Part shown: positions 11,911 through 22,030 of the stretch, in pieces | Position numbering within the stretch: the first letter of the stretch is position 1 | Layout of the letters: the number at the start of each line of letters is the position of its first letter | Assembly: GCA_963724765.1 (NCBI GenBank) | Contig: CAVRVY010000004.1 | Location: 1-64,000, forward strand | Length of the DNA: 64,000 bases | Direction: 5' to 3' | Source: an uncultured delta proteobacterium | GTDB taxonomy: Bacteria; Desulfobacterota; Binatia; Binatales; Binataceae | Translations under genes and position numbers: made by a program | Notes under the pieces: model-generated | Told to the model about the DNA's origin: nothing | The model's input: the letters and a program-made list of their open reading frames with translations, nothing else | Database searches by the model: none

Positions 11911-12489
11911 CTAACGGAGCGGTCGTTCGCACGTCATCACCATCCCGTGCCACAGGTAGCGCGGTATCACTTCATCACCATCGAATGCCCGCACGTTGAA
12001 GCCCTGTTCGACAAGCAGCTGCGTGAGGGTCTTTCGTGAGAAGTGCTTGATGTGGCCACCGTCCCACAACGGTGTAAGGGCCCCGTCCATGCGATTGGTC
12101 ACCGCCATCGCAACGTTCTTGACGTATCCCCAATACGGCGTGGTCACGATGAACGTTCCACCGGGCCGAAGGGCCTCACGAACTCGCGACACGAACTTAC
12201 GGGGGTCGTACAGATGTTCAATCACCTCCACGGAGATGACCGCGTCGAAACAATCCACCGAGAAAGCACCTCGGAGGTCGTCATACAGCGACGCCAGCTG
12301 GAAGTTCCCGATTCCTCGACTTCGAGCGATATCAATGCCCGTGGGCGCCAGATCCAGACCGCAGACCCGGTAGCCAGCCTCGGCGATGTCGGCGGTGAAA
12401 TTGCCATCGCCGCAGCCAGCGTCCAGAACTACGTCGACGGGAAGTGGTGCCTCTGCCAACCGCTTGAGAACCGTGTGCAGAAACAACGG
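11911..12489 (-). pseudogene. Class I SAM methyltransferase (UbiG-like fold), 5' end removed by the IS3 insertion
   Basis: VVLDAGCGDG, FDAVISVEVIEHLYDP, LRPGG, TTPY, WDGGHIKHFS. The frame runs into the IS left end at ~12490. Confidence 0.85.
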
Positions 12490-12853
12490 TGGCCGGGTCC
12501 CCGTGAGCTGATCCACCCGTTGTGCGAGTCCAATCCCCATCATGGGGGAAGGAGGACCACACAACATGAAACGACGCCGGCACACGCCCGAGCAGATCAT
12601 CCGCAAGCTGGCCGAGGGCGACAAGCTCCTCGGTGAGGGCAAGACCATCGAGGAGGTCTCTCGCCATCTCGAGATCACCGAGTCGACCTGGCATCGGTGG
12701 CGGAACCAGTACGGCGGCATGAAGGCCAACGACGCCAAGCACCTGAAGGAGCTGGAGAAGGAGAACCAGCGCCTGAAGAAGATCGTGGCCGACCAGGCAC
12801 TCGACATCGACATGTTGAAGGAGCTGAACCGGGGAAACTTCTAGCCCCGGACC
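12490..12853 (+). mobile_element. IS3-family insertion sequence, left end and orfA only (orfB and right end absent)
   Basis: TG-starting left end TGGCCGGGTCCCCGTGAGCTGATCCA; orfA; GGGGAAACTTCTAG at the orfA end resembles the IS3 frameshift window; the sequence turns unrelated a few codons later. Confidence 0.8.
12567..12844 (+). CDS. IS3-family transposase OrfA (HTH)
   Basis: MKRRRHTPEQIIRKL...TWHRWRNQYGGM...LKELEKENQRLKKIVAD; GGAGG RBS upstream. Confidence 0.88.
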
Positions 12854-12857
12854 AAAG

Positions 12858-13340
12858 ATGGTTTTGTACTTGGAGTTTGGCGTTTGGGAAGGATTTTCGA
12901 TGAGGTATTGGTCGAAGCTTCTCAAGAATCCCAAATCAATACTCCACGGCTTCGATTCGTTCGAGGGACTGCCGGAGGAGTGGAATGAAAACCATCTTAA
13001 AGGGCGTTTTGCTCTCAATGGGAAGATTCCAGAGGTTTCTGACGATCGCATCAAATTTTTCAAAGGCTGGTTCCAGGATACGCTACCTCAATACGTGATC
13101 CCGCCGCATGAGGTCCTGGTCATAAATATTGATTGCGACCTCTATTCCTCGACTAAGTACGTATTAGACCATTTCAGAGATTCTATTCAGCCTGGTACTT
13201 GGCTTTACTTCGATGAATTCGGCAGTTGGGATCATGAATGTCGGGCTTTCCGCGAACTGGTAGAAGAGACAAAAATGAAGTTCGAAGCGGTGGCTGAAGC
13301 CCGGGCTATGTGGTCAGTGGCGTTTCGCCGGACTGAATAG
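12858..13340 (+). CDS. TylF/MycF (macrocin O-methyltransferase-like) protein, probably N-terminally truncated
   Basis: YLEFGVWEG, GFDSFEGLPE, KGWFQDTLP, IDCDLYSST, FDE. Noticeably more AT-rich than its flanks. Confidence 0.82.
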   Translation: MVLYLEFGVWEGFSMRYWSKLLKNPKSILHGFDSFEGLPEEWNENHLKGRFALNGKIPEVSDDRIKFFKGWFQDTLPQYVIPPHEVLVINIDCDLYSSTKYVLDHFRDSIQPGTWLYFDEFGSWDHECRAFRELVEETKMKFEAVAEARAMWSVAFRRTE

Positions 13341-13383
13341 ACGCACGGGGCTTTTCACTACTGCTTTGGTGTGGACGACATCT

Positions 13384-13800
13384 TCAAGGAGTGGGCGTGG
13401 CCGCGGGAAAGCCCATCTTCTCCGCCGACTCCGGATAGAGCCACAAGGTCTGGCCCGACAGAGCACCGTCGAGGACGCGCACCTTGGTCGCGCCCTTTTC
13501 GCCCGGACCCGCCTCTGCGACCAGGGTGCCCGCAGGCACCATCGTCAGTTTATGGTGGTAAAAGAGCTGGCTCACTTCCATCGTGCCGAATGCGTCGAGC
13601 GTGCGCAGCGCGCCAACTCCTTCCGTATAGTCTTGCTGGCTGTCCGCGGCCACCGTTTCCTTCGCGACGCGCCACTGCTTGCCGGTGCTTGGCGCCGCGT
13701 CCGCTGGCAGGCTTTTCCTGGTAGCTGAGCCACTGAGCTTGCACGACATCATCAGCAGAGCGACGCAAACAGAAAAGATGGCGGCGGCTATTCTGTTCAC
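13384..13800 (-). CDS. Hypothetical lipoprotein
   Basis: Signal peptide ending in a lipobox-like LLMMSC; directly downstream of hisG. Confidence 0.6.
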   Translation of the reverse strand: MNRIAAAIFSVCVALLMMSCKLSGSATRKSLPADAAPSTGKQWRVAKETVAADSQQDYTEGVGALRTLDAFGTMEVSQLFYHHKLTMVPAGTLVAEAGPGEKGATKVRVLDGALSGQTLWLYPESAEKMGFPAATPTP

Positions 13801-13822
13801 AGGATCTTTTCGTAGCTCCTCT

Positions 13823-14722
13823 TCAGATGATCTTGTTGAGCGGAAACTCGATGATCCCGACCGCGCCGACTTCGAGCAGCTTGGGGAACAATTCGCGCAC
13901 GGTGTGCTCGGCGATTACGGTCTCGACCGCCAGCCATTCCTTGCCCTTGAGATTGGGCGAGGGGTAGAGCGGCGAGACGGTGGGCGCGGTTATCGAGGGC
14001 AACAGCGCGATCACTTTCTCCAGGTTCTCGCGCGCGACGTTCATTTTGATTCCGACCCGGTTCTCGGCGTCGAGCGCGCCGCGCAGAAGCATCCCGATTT
14101 GCCGAATCTTGGCCTGCTTCCATCCGACCGCCCACGCCTCGGAGTTGGCGACCAGCACCGGCGTGGAGGTCAGGAGCTGCTCGACAATCCGCAGGCCATT
14201 GGCGCGCAGCGAGGAGCCGGTCTCGGTGACCTCGACCACCGCGTCAACCAGCCCCTCGGCGGCCTTGGCCTCGGTGGCGCCCCACGAAAATTCAACTTCA
14301 ACTTTAACTTTGCGCTCGATGAAGACTCGCCGTGTGAACTCGACCATCTCGGTCGCTACCCGCTTGCCTTCGAGATCCTCCAGTCGCCGCACTGGCGAGG
14401 CATCCGGCACCGCAAGCACCCATCGCGTCGGCACCAGCGAGACCTTGGAATAGGTGAATCTTTCGACTTCCATCAACTCGACCGCGTTTTCGACAATCCA
14501 GTCGCTGCCGGTGATACCCGCGTCGAGCGAGCCGTCAGCGATGTAGCGCGGCATCTCCTGCGGGCGCAACAGGCGGCAACTGAGCGTCGGGTCGTCGACA
14601 CTTGGCATATAGGAGCGCGCGCCGACCGACACGCGCCATCCCGACTTGCGCATCAATTCGATGGTCTGGGCTTCGAGGCTGCCCTTGGGTAGTCCGAATT
14701 TGAGTACGTTGTCAGCGGGCAT
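13823..14722 (-). CDS. hisG: ATP phosphoribosyltransferase (long form)
   Basis: GLPKGSL, RPQEMP, DAGITGSD, FSWGATEAK, VTETGSSLRANGL; C-terminal regulatory domain. Confidence 0.95.
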   Translation of the reverse strand: MPADNVLKFGLPKGSLEAQTIELMRKSGWRVSVGARSYMPSVDDPTLSCRLLRPQEMPRYIADGSLDAGITGSDWIVENAVELMEVERFTYSKVSLVPTRWVLAVPDASPVRRLEDLEGKRVATEMVEFTRRVFIERKVKVEVEFSWGATEAKAAEGLVDAVVEVTETGSSLRANGLRIVEQLLTSTPVLVANSEAWAVGWKQAKIRQIGMLLRGALDAENRVGIKMNVARENLEKVIALLPSITAPTVSPLYPSPNLKGKEWLAVETVIAEHTVRELFPKLLEVGAVGIIEFPLNKII

Positions 14723-14794
14723 AATCTCTAGCGTTACTTCCGTATCGTCGGGTTATTGACGGTTATTGGAACAGTAAGGGGCGACGCGCGCAAT

Positions 14795-15247
14795 TCAAGG
14801 CACGGGCTTTGGCGGATGGCCATAGCCGGGGCCGTACTTCGCCGGATCGACCCGGCGCGTATCGACGGTCTGCCAGGCGCCGTCGCGCAGGACGCGGAAG
14901 AAGCATGACTCGAAGCCCTCGTGGCAGGCGGCGCGGTCGCCGTGCTGCTCGACCGAGAGCAGGATGGTGTCGTTGTCGCAGTCGATGCGGATTTCGTGGA
15001 CGGTCTGGTAGTTGCCCGACTCTTCGCCCTTGCGCCACAGGCGGTTGCGCGAGCGCGAAAAGTAACAGGCGTGGCCAGTCTTGAGGGTTTCCTCGAAGGC
15101 CTCGCGATTCATGTACGCGACCATCAGGAGGCGTCCGCTTTGATAGTCCTGGGTGATGACCGGGACGACGCCGCCGCCCTTTTCGAAATCTATCTGGGCG
15201 GCCGCCTGTTGCGCGGCCGACTGCTGCGATGCTGGCTGGGTTTCCAT
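14795..15247 (-). CDS. hisI: Phosphoribosyl-AMP cyclohydrolase
   Basis: [33 protein letters not shown]. Confidence 0.95.
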   Translation of the reverse strand: METQPASQQSAAQQAAAQIDFEKGGGVVPVITQDYQSGRLLMVAYMNREAFEETLKTGHACYFSRSRNRLWRKGEESGNYQTVHEIRIDCDNDTILLSVEQHGDRAACHEGFESCFFRVLRDGAWQTVDTRRVDPAKYGPGYGHPPKPVP

Positions 15248-15561
15248 CTGCGCGCGCCGGCTTCCGTGCGCCGGCAAACTCCTTTTGCTGAACATCGAAG
15301 TATCGATTAAACTTCGGGCGGTTTCAATGCTGCCGTGGCGTGGGCGCCATCCAAATTGCGGTTGGGCGTCGCAATTTGGGGTGGGTTTAGCGCGAGGCGA
15401 TTCCAAAATCGGACCGGGCATGTATAAAGTCGCTTCGGGGACCATGAAGTATTCTCGATAGGTCTGTGAGTCGCCGGCATAGTCTAAGAGGCGAACGAGC
15501 AGCGGTGGATGGATTCACGCTCGCCCGCGGAGGGCGGCTAGCAGATGGGCGATAATCGAAA

Positions 15562-16425
15562 ATGAAGTTGCCCCGGCCGCTAAGGGGCGTGCTGGCCGCA
15601 GTGCTGATGCTGCTCGTCGCGGCCACCGGCGGCTGCCGGCGTAGCGCCAAAACGGAGGTGCGGTCGAAGCCCGCGTTCGTCCCCTTCAATTTTCAAATCG
15701 AGGTCGGCGCGGACCATTACAATATCGAAGGGTTCATCGCACATTCGCCCGGCCCGGGACGCCTGCCCGCACTGCTCGTGCTGACGGCCGGCGAGGGCAA
15801 CGCGCGCCGCTGTATCGAGCAGAGCCCCGGACTGGTCGCGATGGGCATGTTGGAGGCCTGCATCAGCATCCCCGGCTATGGCAAGTCCTCGGGTCCAAGC
15901 CGCTTCGTCGGGCCGCAAGCGGTCGAGGCGGCGCATCGCGCGGTCGACCTGATGGCGGCGCGGGCAGACGTCGACCCCGACCGTATCGCGGTCTGGGGAC
16001 TGTCGGACGGAGCGGTGGCGGCGGGCCTGCTGATGGATAGCGACCCGCGGCTGCGCGCGGTGATTTTACAGTCGGGCTTTTACGACACGCTCAAGATGTG
16101 GCCCGAAGCGCCGCTGCGCGAGAAGGTGACCATCCTGCGCCAGGTATGGCCGAGCCATCGCGTACTCGCCGAACGCAGCGTGATTGCGCATCTTCCGCCC
16201 AGGCTCGATTGCAGCGTGCTCATCATGCACGGCGAACATGACAAGAAGATGCCCGTGCAGCAGGCCAAGCGCCTGGCCGAGGAGCTGCAGACGCGCGGGG
16301 CCAAGGTCGAGACGCGCTTTTTCGATGACGGTCACGACCTCGGCGGCAAGGTCGACGGGCCGCTCAAGGAATTCCTGCGCGAGAACCTGATCGCCGCCGC
16401 GCCGCGCACGCACGCGCCGTCCTGA
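15562..16425 (+). CDS. Exported alpha/beta hydrolase (S9/dienelactone hydrolase-like)
   Basis: PGYGKS, VDPDRIAVWGLSDGA (GxSxG), HGEHD, GH; N-terminal signal or lipobox. Confidence 0.8.
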   Translation: MKLPRPLRGVLAAVLMLLVAATGGCRRSAKTEVRSKPAFVPFNFQIEVGADHYNIEGFIAHSPGPGRLPALLVLTAGEGNARRCIEQSPGLVAMGMLEACISIPGYGKSSGPSRFVGPQAVEAAHRAVDLMAARADVDPDRIAVWGLSDGAVAAGLLMDSDPRLRAVILQSGFYDTLKMWPEAPLREKVTILRQVWPSHRVLAERSVIAHLPPRLDCSVLIMHGEHDKKMPVQQAKRLAEELQTRGAKVETRFFDDGHDLGGKVDGPLKEFLRENLIAAAPRTHAPS

Positions 16426-16448
16426 GGCCGTCCGCAGCGCTGTAAACC

Positions 16449-16970
16449 TCAGCGCAGCGCCTTCACCGCCTCGACCACGGCGTCGGCGTGGCCGGCGACC
16501 TTGACCTTGGGGAAGACCTTGCGAATCACGCCCTCGCGATCGATGACGAAAGTGGTGCGCTCGATACCCATGAACTCACGCCCATAGAGCGACTTTTTCT
16601 TGTAGACTCCGTAAAGCCGAGTGACGCGGTTGTCGGCATCGCTCAGCAGCGGAAAATTCAGCGTGTGCTTGTCGGTGAACTTGCGATGGGACTCCGGCGA
16701 ATCCGCGCTGACCCCGACGACCTGCGCGCCCGCCGCCTTGAGGCGAGCCGCGGTGTCGCGAAAGTCGCACGCCTCGATTGTGCATCCGGGCGTCATGTCC
16801 TTGGGATAGAAGTAGAGCACCAGATTGCCGCGGCCGAGCAGTTCCTTGAGCGAAACGGCTTTGCCGCTGCCATCGGGAAGCTCGAAGGGCGGGGCCTTGC
16901 GGCCTTCCATCTCGTGCACGGTACCCTTGACGATTGTCTTGGCGGCGCCAGTGATGCGGGCCTTGGTCAT
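16449..16970 (-). CDS. bcp: Peroxiredoxin Bcp/PrxQ
   Basis: LYFYPKDMTPGCTIEAC, ERTTFVID; GAGGAG RBS before ATG 16970. Confidence 0.93.
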   Translation of the reverse strand: MTKARITGAAKTIVKGTVHEMEGRKAPPFELPDGSGKAVSLKELLGRGNLVLYFYPKDMTPGCTIEACDFRDTAARLKAAGAQVVGVSADSPESHRKFTDKHTLNFPLLSDADNRVTRLYGVYKKKSLYGREFMGIERTTFVIDREGVIRKVFPKVKVAGHADAVVEAVKALR

Positions 16971-17148
16971 TTTGCTCCTCGATTGCTCCCACGATTCCAT
17001 CAATTTCAGTGCGGGTAAAGTGCGCCGCGCTCCGTGGCGATAAAAAACTCCTGTGGCGCAACGGTTTTCCCCCGGATCGTAGTTGACGGCGCGCCAGTCA
17101 GCCTCTATGCTTGCGGCGGGTCTCCCAACAAAACACCTGTCGTCCTTC

Positions 17149-18183
17149 ATGGCTGCATACACTGAGCTTCACAAATCGTTCCTCGAGCAACTCGGCGACG
17201 ATTACAACCTCGGACGCATCCTCGGCGCCGTCGGCATCCCGCAAGGCTCGGTCAACAGCAACTACCTGATCGAGACCGCCAAGGGACGCTTCCTGCTGCG
17301 CGTTGACGAGGTCAAGACCGAGAGCGAGGTCAAGCGCGAGATCGACCTGCTGGCGTTTTTGCGCAAACATTCCTTTCCCTGTCCGCATCCATTGCAGGAC
17401 CGGATGGGCCGTTACTGGCGCGAGTGCGAGGGTAAGTGCGCCTCGCTCTACCGCTACCACGAGGGGCGCATTGTGCCGCCCGAGCGCCTGCGCCCGACCC
17501 AGCTCGAAACCATCGGCCGCACGCTCGGCGAACTGCACGTCATCGGCAAGGGCTACAAGAAAGGCATCGACAACCGCTTCAGCTTCGAGCGCATCGCCGA
17601 CCTTTACCTCAGCGTGCGCGGCCGGCTGCCCAACTATTTTCGCAAGATCAGCCGCACGCTGGAGGACGAGGTCGATTACCTGACGCGCTACCTTGAGGGC
17701 AAGCTGCCCAAGGGCGTGATCCACGGTGACCTGTTTGCCGACAATGTTCTGTTCCGCGGCGAGAAGCTGACTGCGGTGCTCGACTTCGACGCGGCCTGCC
17801 GCGGCAAGTTCATTTTCGACCTCGCAACCGCGGTCAACGCGCTATGCTTCGTCGACAGCCAGTACTCGCTCGACCGCTTCCGCTTTCTGCTGCACGGCTA
17901 CGAGTCGGTGCGCACGCTGTCGCTGGCCGAATGGGACGCCTTTCCCAACGAGCTGCGCTTCTCTTCGCTGCGCTTCACCGTCACGCGCCTGCACGACTTC
18001 TTTCTCCATCCGCTGGACAACAACCGCCGGGTGCACAAGGACTTCCGCGAGTTCTTCGACCGCCTGCGTATCCTGCGCCGCGAGCGCGAAGGCGGGATGG
18101 AGGCGTTGTTGATGGCGATGGCGACCGGATACGACTACCGCAAGTACCAGAAGGTGAAGGCGAACGAGCGGCTGAAGGCCTAA
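17149..18183 (+). CDS. thrB: Homoserine kinase type II (APH/choline kinase fold)
   Basis: MAAYT start, GSVNSNY, LPKGVIHGDLFADNVLF, DF, FDLA. Confidence 0.85.
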   Translation: MAAYTELHKSFLEQLGDDYNLGRILGAVGIPQGSVNSNYLIETAKGRFLLRVDEVKTESEVKREIDLLAFLRKHSFPCPHPLQDRMGRYWRECEGKCASLYRYHEGRIVPPERLRPTQLETIGRTLGELHVIGKGYKKGIDNRFSFERIADLYLSVRGRLPNYFRKISRTLEDEVDYLTRYLEGKLPKGVIHGDLFADNVLFRGEKLTAVLDFDAACRGKFIFDLATAVNALCFVDSQYSLDRFRFLLHGYESVRTLSLAEWDAFPNELRFSSLRFTVTRLHDFFLHPLDNNRRVHKDFREFFDRLRILRREREGGMEALLMAMATGYDYRKYQKVKANERLKA

Positions 18184-18313
18184 CGGCGCCCAAGCGCCGT
18201 TCGCGTTCCGCGATGAATCCGTATCCGCCTCGCGCCGCGGCGCCGGCGTCCAGCGCCGCATTTGCAAGAAACCCTTCAGGGAACTATCCAGAGAATTACC
18301 CAGGGCGCCATCG

Positions 18314-19216
18314 ATGTCCGCGTTACTAAAGCGCCTCGACGCGCACAAGCCGGCGCTCTGGCTGGAGGTCGCTCCGCCGCGCGGAATCGCCGTCGAGTCG
18401 ATGCTTACGCGGCTTGCCGCGGTGCGCGGCCACGTCGACGCAATCAATCTCGCCGACAACGCACTTGGGCGGGTGAAGCTCGCGCCGCTGGTGTTCGGCT
18501 CGATGATCAAGTCGCGGCTGGAATTGCCGGTCGTGATCAATTTTTCCTGCCGCGATCGCAACCGCTACGCACTGAAGGCCGATTTGCTCGGCGCGGGCGC
18601 GCTCGGCGTCGACGCAGTAGTGGCGCTGGCCGGTGACAAGCTTGGCGACGATCCCAACGGCGTGCGGCCCGTCCGCGACCTCGACACTTTCAGCCTGCTG
18701 GGCGCGATGAACGATCTGCGCCGCGGCGAGACCGGCGAGGGACGCCGCCTGCTCAAGACGCTTCCGCAGTTCACGATCGGTGCGGTCGCCAATCCCAATC
18801 GCAAAGCCATCGAGCGCGAATTCGAGTTGCTCGAGCGCAAGGCCGCCGCGGGCGCCGAATTCGTGATAACGCAGCCGGTCTTCGACCTTGCGGTGGCGCG
18901 AACCTTTATCGCTCGCGCGCGGCGTCATCAGCTCCGCGTCGTGCTCGGTATCCTGCCCGTCAAGCGCGAATCGATGGCCAGTTACCTGAAGGATCGCATT
19001 CCCGACCTTGCCGGGGCCCACGCACACTTCGACCGCTATGCCGGAATGGGCGAAGATGAGGCCCGGCGCATGTCGATCGACTCGAGTATCGCCCTGATGC
19101 GCGCGTTGGCGGACGAGGTCGCAGGCTTTAACATAATGAGCGGCGGCGGACCCTCGCTCGCGATCGAGCTTGCGCTCGAGTTCAGCCGCTCGCTGGAGGA
19201 TTCCGGTGCGCGCTAG
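18314..19216 (+). CDS. metF: Methylenetetrahydrofolate reductase
   Basis: [35 protein letters not shown]. Confidence 0.85.
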   Translation: MSALLKRLDAHKPALWLEVAPPRGIAVESMLTRLAAVRGHVDAINLADNALGRVKLAPLVFGSMIKSRLELPVVINFSCRDRNRYALKADLLGAGALGVDAVVALAGDKLGDDPNGVRPVRDLDTFSLLGAMNDLRRGETGEGRRLLKTLPQFTIGAVANPNRKAIEREFELLERKAAAGAEFVITQPVFDLAVARTFIARARRHQLRVVLGILPVKRESMASYLKDRIPDLAGAHAHFDRYAGMGEDEARRMSIDSSIALMRALADEVAGFNIMSGGGPSLAIELALEFSRSLEDSGAR

Positions 19217-19853
19217 AAAAGTCAGACTGCAGGCCGCCTCGCGCCCGCCGCAACGGAAAGCCGAGGCCGCGGATGGGGAAAGTCCCGGCGGGGCTGCGGT
19301 CGAAGACGCGGTACGCCTGATCCTGCGCCACGTTGGCGAGGACCCCGAGCGCGAGGGACTCAGGCGCACGCCGACCCGGGTGCTGCGCGCGCTCGAATTT
19401 CTGACCCGCGGCTATAACGAGGATCCCAAGATCGCGATCAACGGCGCGGTCTTCTCCGAAGAAGAGTACCAGGAGATCATCCTGTGCAAGGACCTCGACT
19501 TCTACTCCATGTGCGAGCATCACCTGCTGCCCTTCTTCGGCAAGGCGCATCTGGCCTACCTGCCCAACCGCCGCATTATCGGACTCTCCAAGCTTGCTCG
19601 GCTGGTCGAAATTTACGCCCGCCGCTTGCAGGTACAGGAACGGCTGACCACGCAGATCGCGCACACCCTGATGGAGGAGATCGAGCCGCTGGGCGTGGCC
19701 GTGGTGCTCGAGGCCGAGCATCTGTGCATGCGGATGCGTGGAGTCGAAAAGCAGAATTCCTACGTTACGACCTCGGCCATGCTGGGAGTGTTCCGCACCC
19801 ACTTCGAGACCCGGCAGGAGTTCATGAACCTGCTGCGCAACGGCAAGCAATAG
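19206..19853 (+). CDS. folE: GTP cyclohydrolase I
   Basis: [46 protein letters not shown]. Start inferred. Confidence 0.95.
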   Translation: MRARKVRLQAASRPPQRKAEAADGESPGGAAVEDAVRLILRHVGEDPEREGLRRTPTRVLRALEFLTRGYNEDPKIAINGAVFSEEEYQEIILCKDLDFYSMCEHHLLPFFGKAHLAYLPNRRIIGLSKLARLVEIYARRLQVQERLTTQIAHTLMEEIEPLGVAVVLEAEHLCMRMRGVEKQNSYVTTSAMLGVFRTHFETRQEFMNLLRNGKQ

Positions 19854-19888
19854 GCCGCTCGCGGATCGAATAGTGAAACAACGAATCG

Positions 19889-20578
19889 ATGAGTGAAGCC
19901 GTCTCAGCCGAGGTGCTCGACAAGCTGGGCGCGTTTGCGTTGCGCTACGTCAAATCCGGCCAGTGCGTGGGACTGGGTACCGGGCACGCCGCCGCGGCCT
20001 TTATCCGCGCGCTCGGCCAGCGCGGTATCAAGGTGCGCGGCGTTCCTACTTCCACGGCCAGCGCCGAACTTGCGCGTTCGCTCGGGATCGAGGTCGTCGC
20101 GCTTGACGGCAAGGGCCGGCTGGACGTCGATATCGACGGCGCCGACGAGGTCGATGCGCGTCTCAATCTGATCAAAGGCTACGGCGGCGCGATGGTGCGT
20201 GAGAAAATCGTCGCCTGCGCCTCGCGCAAGGTGGTGATCCTGGTTGGCGCGGAAAAACGCGTATCCCGTCTTGGTCAGCGCCGCCGGTTGCCGGTCGAGG
20301 TCGTGCCGTTCGCGGCGCACTACGCGATGCGCCGGATGCGCGAGTTGGGACTCAAGCCGACAGTGCGAATCGGCGCTGGCGGAGGCGAGTTTTTAAGCGA
20401 CAACGGCAACCTGGTGATGGACTGTGGCGTCGGCGTGATCGCCGCGCCGGCCCGCCTCGAACGTGAGCTGCTTGCGATTCCCGGGGTGGTCGGCACCGGG
20501 CTCTTCATCGGTATCGCCAGCGTGGTGCTGGTCGCCAATGGCGACGGTTCGATCACCACGCTCGAGCGCCGCCGCTAG
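19889..20578 (+). CDS. rpiA: Ribose-5-phosphate isomerase A
   Basis: GLGTG, IDGADEVD, LIKGYGGAMVREK, SDNGN, IPGVV. Confidence 0.95.
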   Translation: MSEAVSAEVLDKLGAFALRYVKSGQCVGLGTGHAAAAFIRALGQRGIKVRGVPTSTASAELARSLGIEVVALDGKGRLDVDIDGADEVDARLNLIKGYGGAMVREKIVACASRKVVILVGAEKRVSRLGQRRRLPVEVVPFAAHYAMRRMRELGLKPTVRIGAGGGEFLSDNGNLVMDCGVGVIAAPARLERELLAIPGVVGTGLFIGIASVVLVANGDGSITTLERRR

Positions 20579-20593
20579 CAGACGGGCGAGTCG

Positions 20594-21964
20594 ATGGATG
20601 ACGTTTCTATACGCTCCGCCAACGCGTCAGTACGCCGCGACCTGACGCGCATCTACGCCGCCGCCGTTTCGGCGGTCGCACCGGCGCATTTGATCGGACG
20701 CGCGCTTGGCGGCGAGTTTGCGGGCGCGGAAAAGGTTCCGGCGCTGCTCGCGGATGCGGCGCGAATTTTCCTGCTCGCTGCCGGCAAGGCTTCGCTCGGG
20801 ATGGCGACCGAGCTTGCGGCGCGCCTGGGGCCGAAGCTTCACGACGCGCTCGCGATAGTCCCGTCGCCGCCACAAGCCGGCGGTCCCGGGCCGCATGCTG
20901 CGGTATCTGATGTGTCGCGCGATACGATCAGGATTATCGCGGCAGCCCATCCGCTGCCCGACGCGTCCTCGCAGCGCGCCGCCGAGGCCGCGCTCGAAAT
21001 CGCCAGCCGCGCGGGGCCCGGCGACTTGTTGTTGTTCGCGCTCAGCGGCGGCGCGTCCTCGATGATGGCCGCTCCGGCCGAGCCAGTCACGCTGGCGGAC
21101 AAGATTGCGATCAATGCCGCGCTGCTTGGCTCGGGCGCGTCGATTCGCGAACTCAATATCGTGCGCCGCCATCTCTCGGCGATAAAGGGCGGTGGAGTGC
21201 TGCGGGCCTGCGGCGGCGCGCGCGTGCTGAGCCTCATCCTCTCCGACGTGACGCCCAACGATCTCGCGACGATCGGTTCGGGGCCCACTGCCGCCGACCC
21301 GACGACTTTCGCGGAGGCGGTGGGCGTGCTCAAACGCCGCGGCCTGTGGGGCCGCGCGCCGGAAGCGATCCGCGACCGGCTCGAGCGCGGCGCGGCCGGG
21401 GAGATTGCCGAGACTGTCAAGCCCGGCGACCCACTGCTCGAGCGCGCCGAGAACGTCGTGATCGGCGACAACCGGGTCGCAGTTGACGCCGCCGCGGGCG
21501 CCGCCGCCGCGGCGGGCTACACGGTCGACCGATGGCGCGAACTCTATGGCGAGGCCGACGACGTGGGACGCGCGCTCAGCGCCCATCTCTCGGCGATCGC
21601 CGCCGCGCGCGTTTGCGTGGTCGCGGGTGGCGAGCCGGTGGTCACGATACGCGGGCGAGGGCGGGGAGGGCGCGCGCAGCAGGCGGCGCTGGCGATGGCG
21701 CTCGAGTTGGAACGGCTCGGTCACGAGCGCCGCGTGATGGCGCTGTTCGCCGGTACCGACGGGATCGATGGTCCCACCGACGCGGCCGGCGCGTTCGTCT
21801 CGCCGCGCACCGCGGCGCGCGCGCGCGAGGCCGGTTTCGACGCTGGCGCGGTGCTGGCGCGCAACGACGCCTATCCGCTGTTCGCCGCGCTCGGCGATCT
21901 CCTGATGACGGGGCCGACGGGCACCAACGTCTCGGATATATTCATAGGATTGGTCAACTACTGA
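20594..21964 (+). CDS. Glycerate 2-kinase (DUF4147/MOFRL family)
   Basis: GKA, HPLPD, LSGGASS, SAIKGG, ILSDV, IGSGPT, GTDGIDG, TGPTGTNVSD. Confidence 0.9.
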   Translation: MDDVSIRSANASVRRDLTRIYAAAVSAVAPAHLIGRALGGEFAGAEKVPALLADAARIFLLAAGKASLGMATELAARLGPKLHDALAIVPSPPQAGGPGPHAAVSDVSRDTIRIIAAAHPLPDASSQRAAEAALEIASRAGPGDLLLFALSGGASSMMAAPAEPVTLADKIAINAALLGSGASIRELNIVRRHLSAIKGGGVLRACGGARVLSLILSDVTPNDLATIGSGPTAADPTTFAEAVGVLKRRGLWGRAPEAIRDRLERGAAGEIAETVKPGDPLLERAENVVIGDNRVAVDAAAGAAAAAGYTVDRWRELYGEADDVGRALSAHLSAIAAARVCVVAGGEPVVTIRGRGRGGRAQQAALAMALELERLGHERRVMALFAGTDGIDGPTDAAGAFVSPRTAARAREAGFDAGAVLARNDAYPLFAALGDLLMTGPTGTNVSDIFIGLVNY

Positions 21965-22030
21965 TCCCGAGCCGTGCTGGTTGGGGATCACGCTCATTTC
22001 GGGATTGAAGAAGAGAAAAGAAGAGGCAGG

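Noticed and set aside
11911-12813. 300-aa ORF as one gene
   Set aside because: Its first third is the antisense of IS3 orfA; only the remainder is a methyltransferase.
12858-13340. TylF methyltransferase as part of the NRPS/glycan cluster
   Set aside because: It lies beyond the suspected chimeric junction and differs in composition, so linkage cannot be supported.
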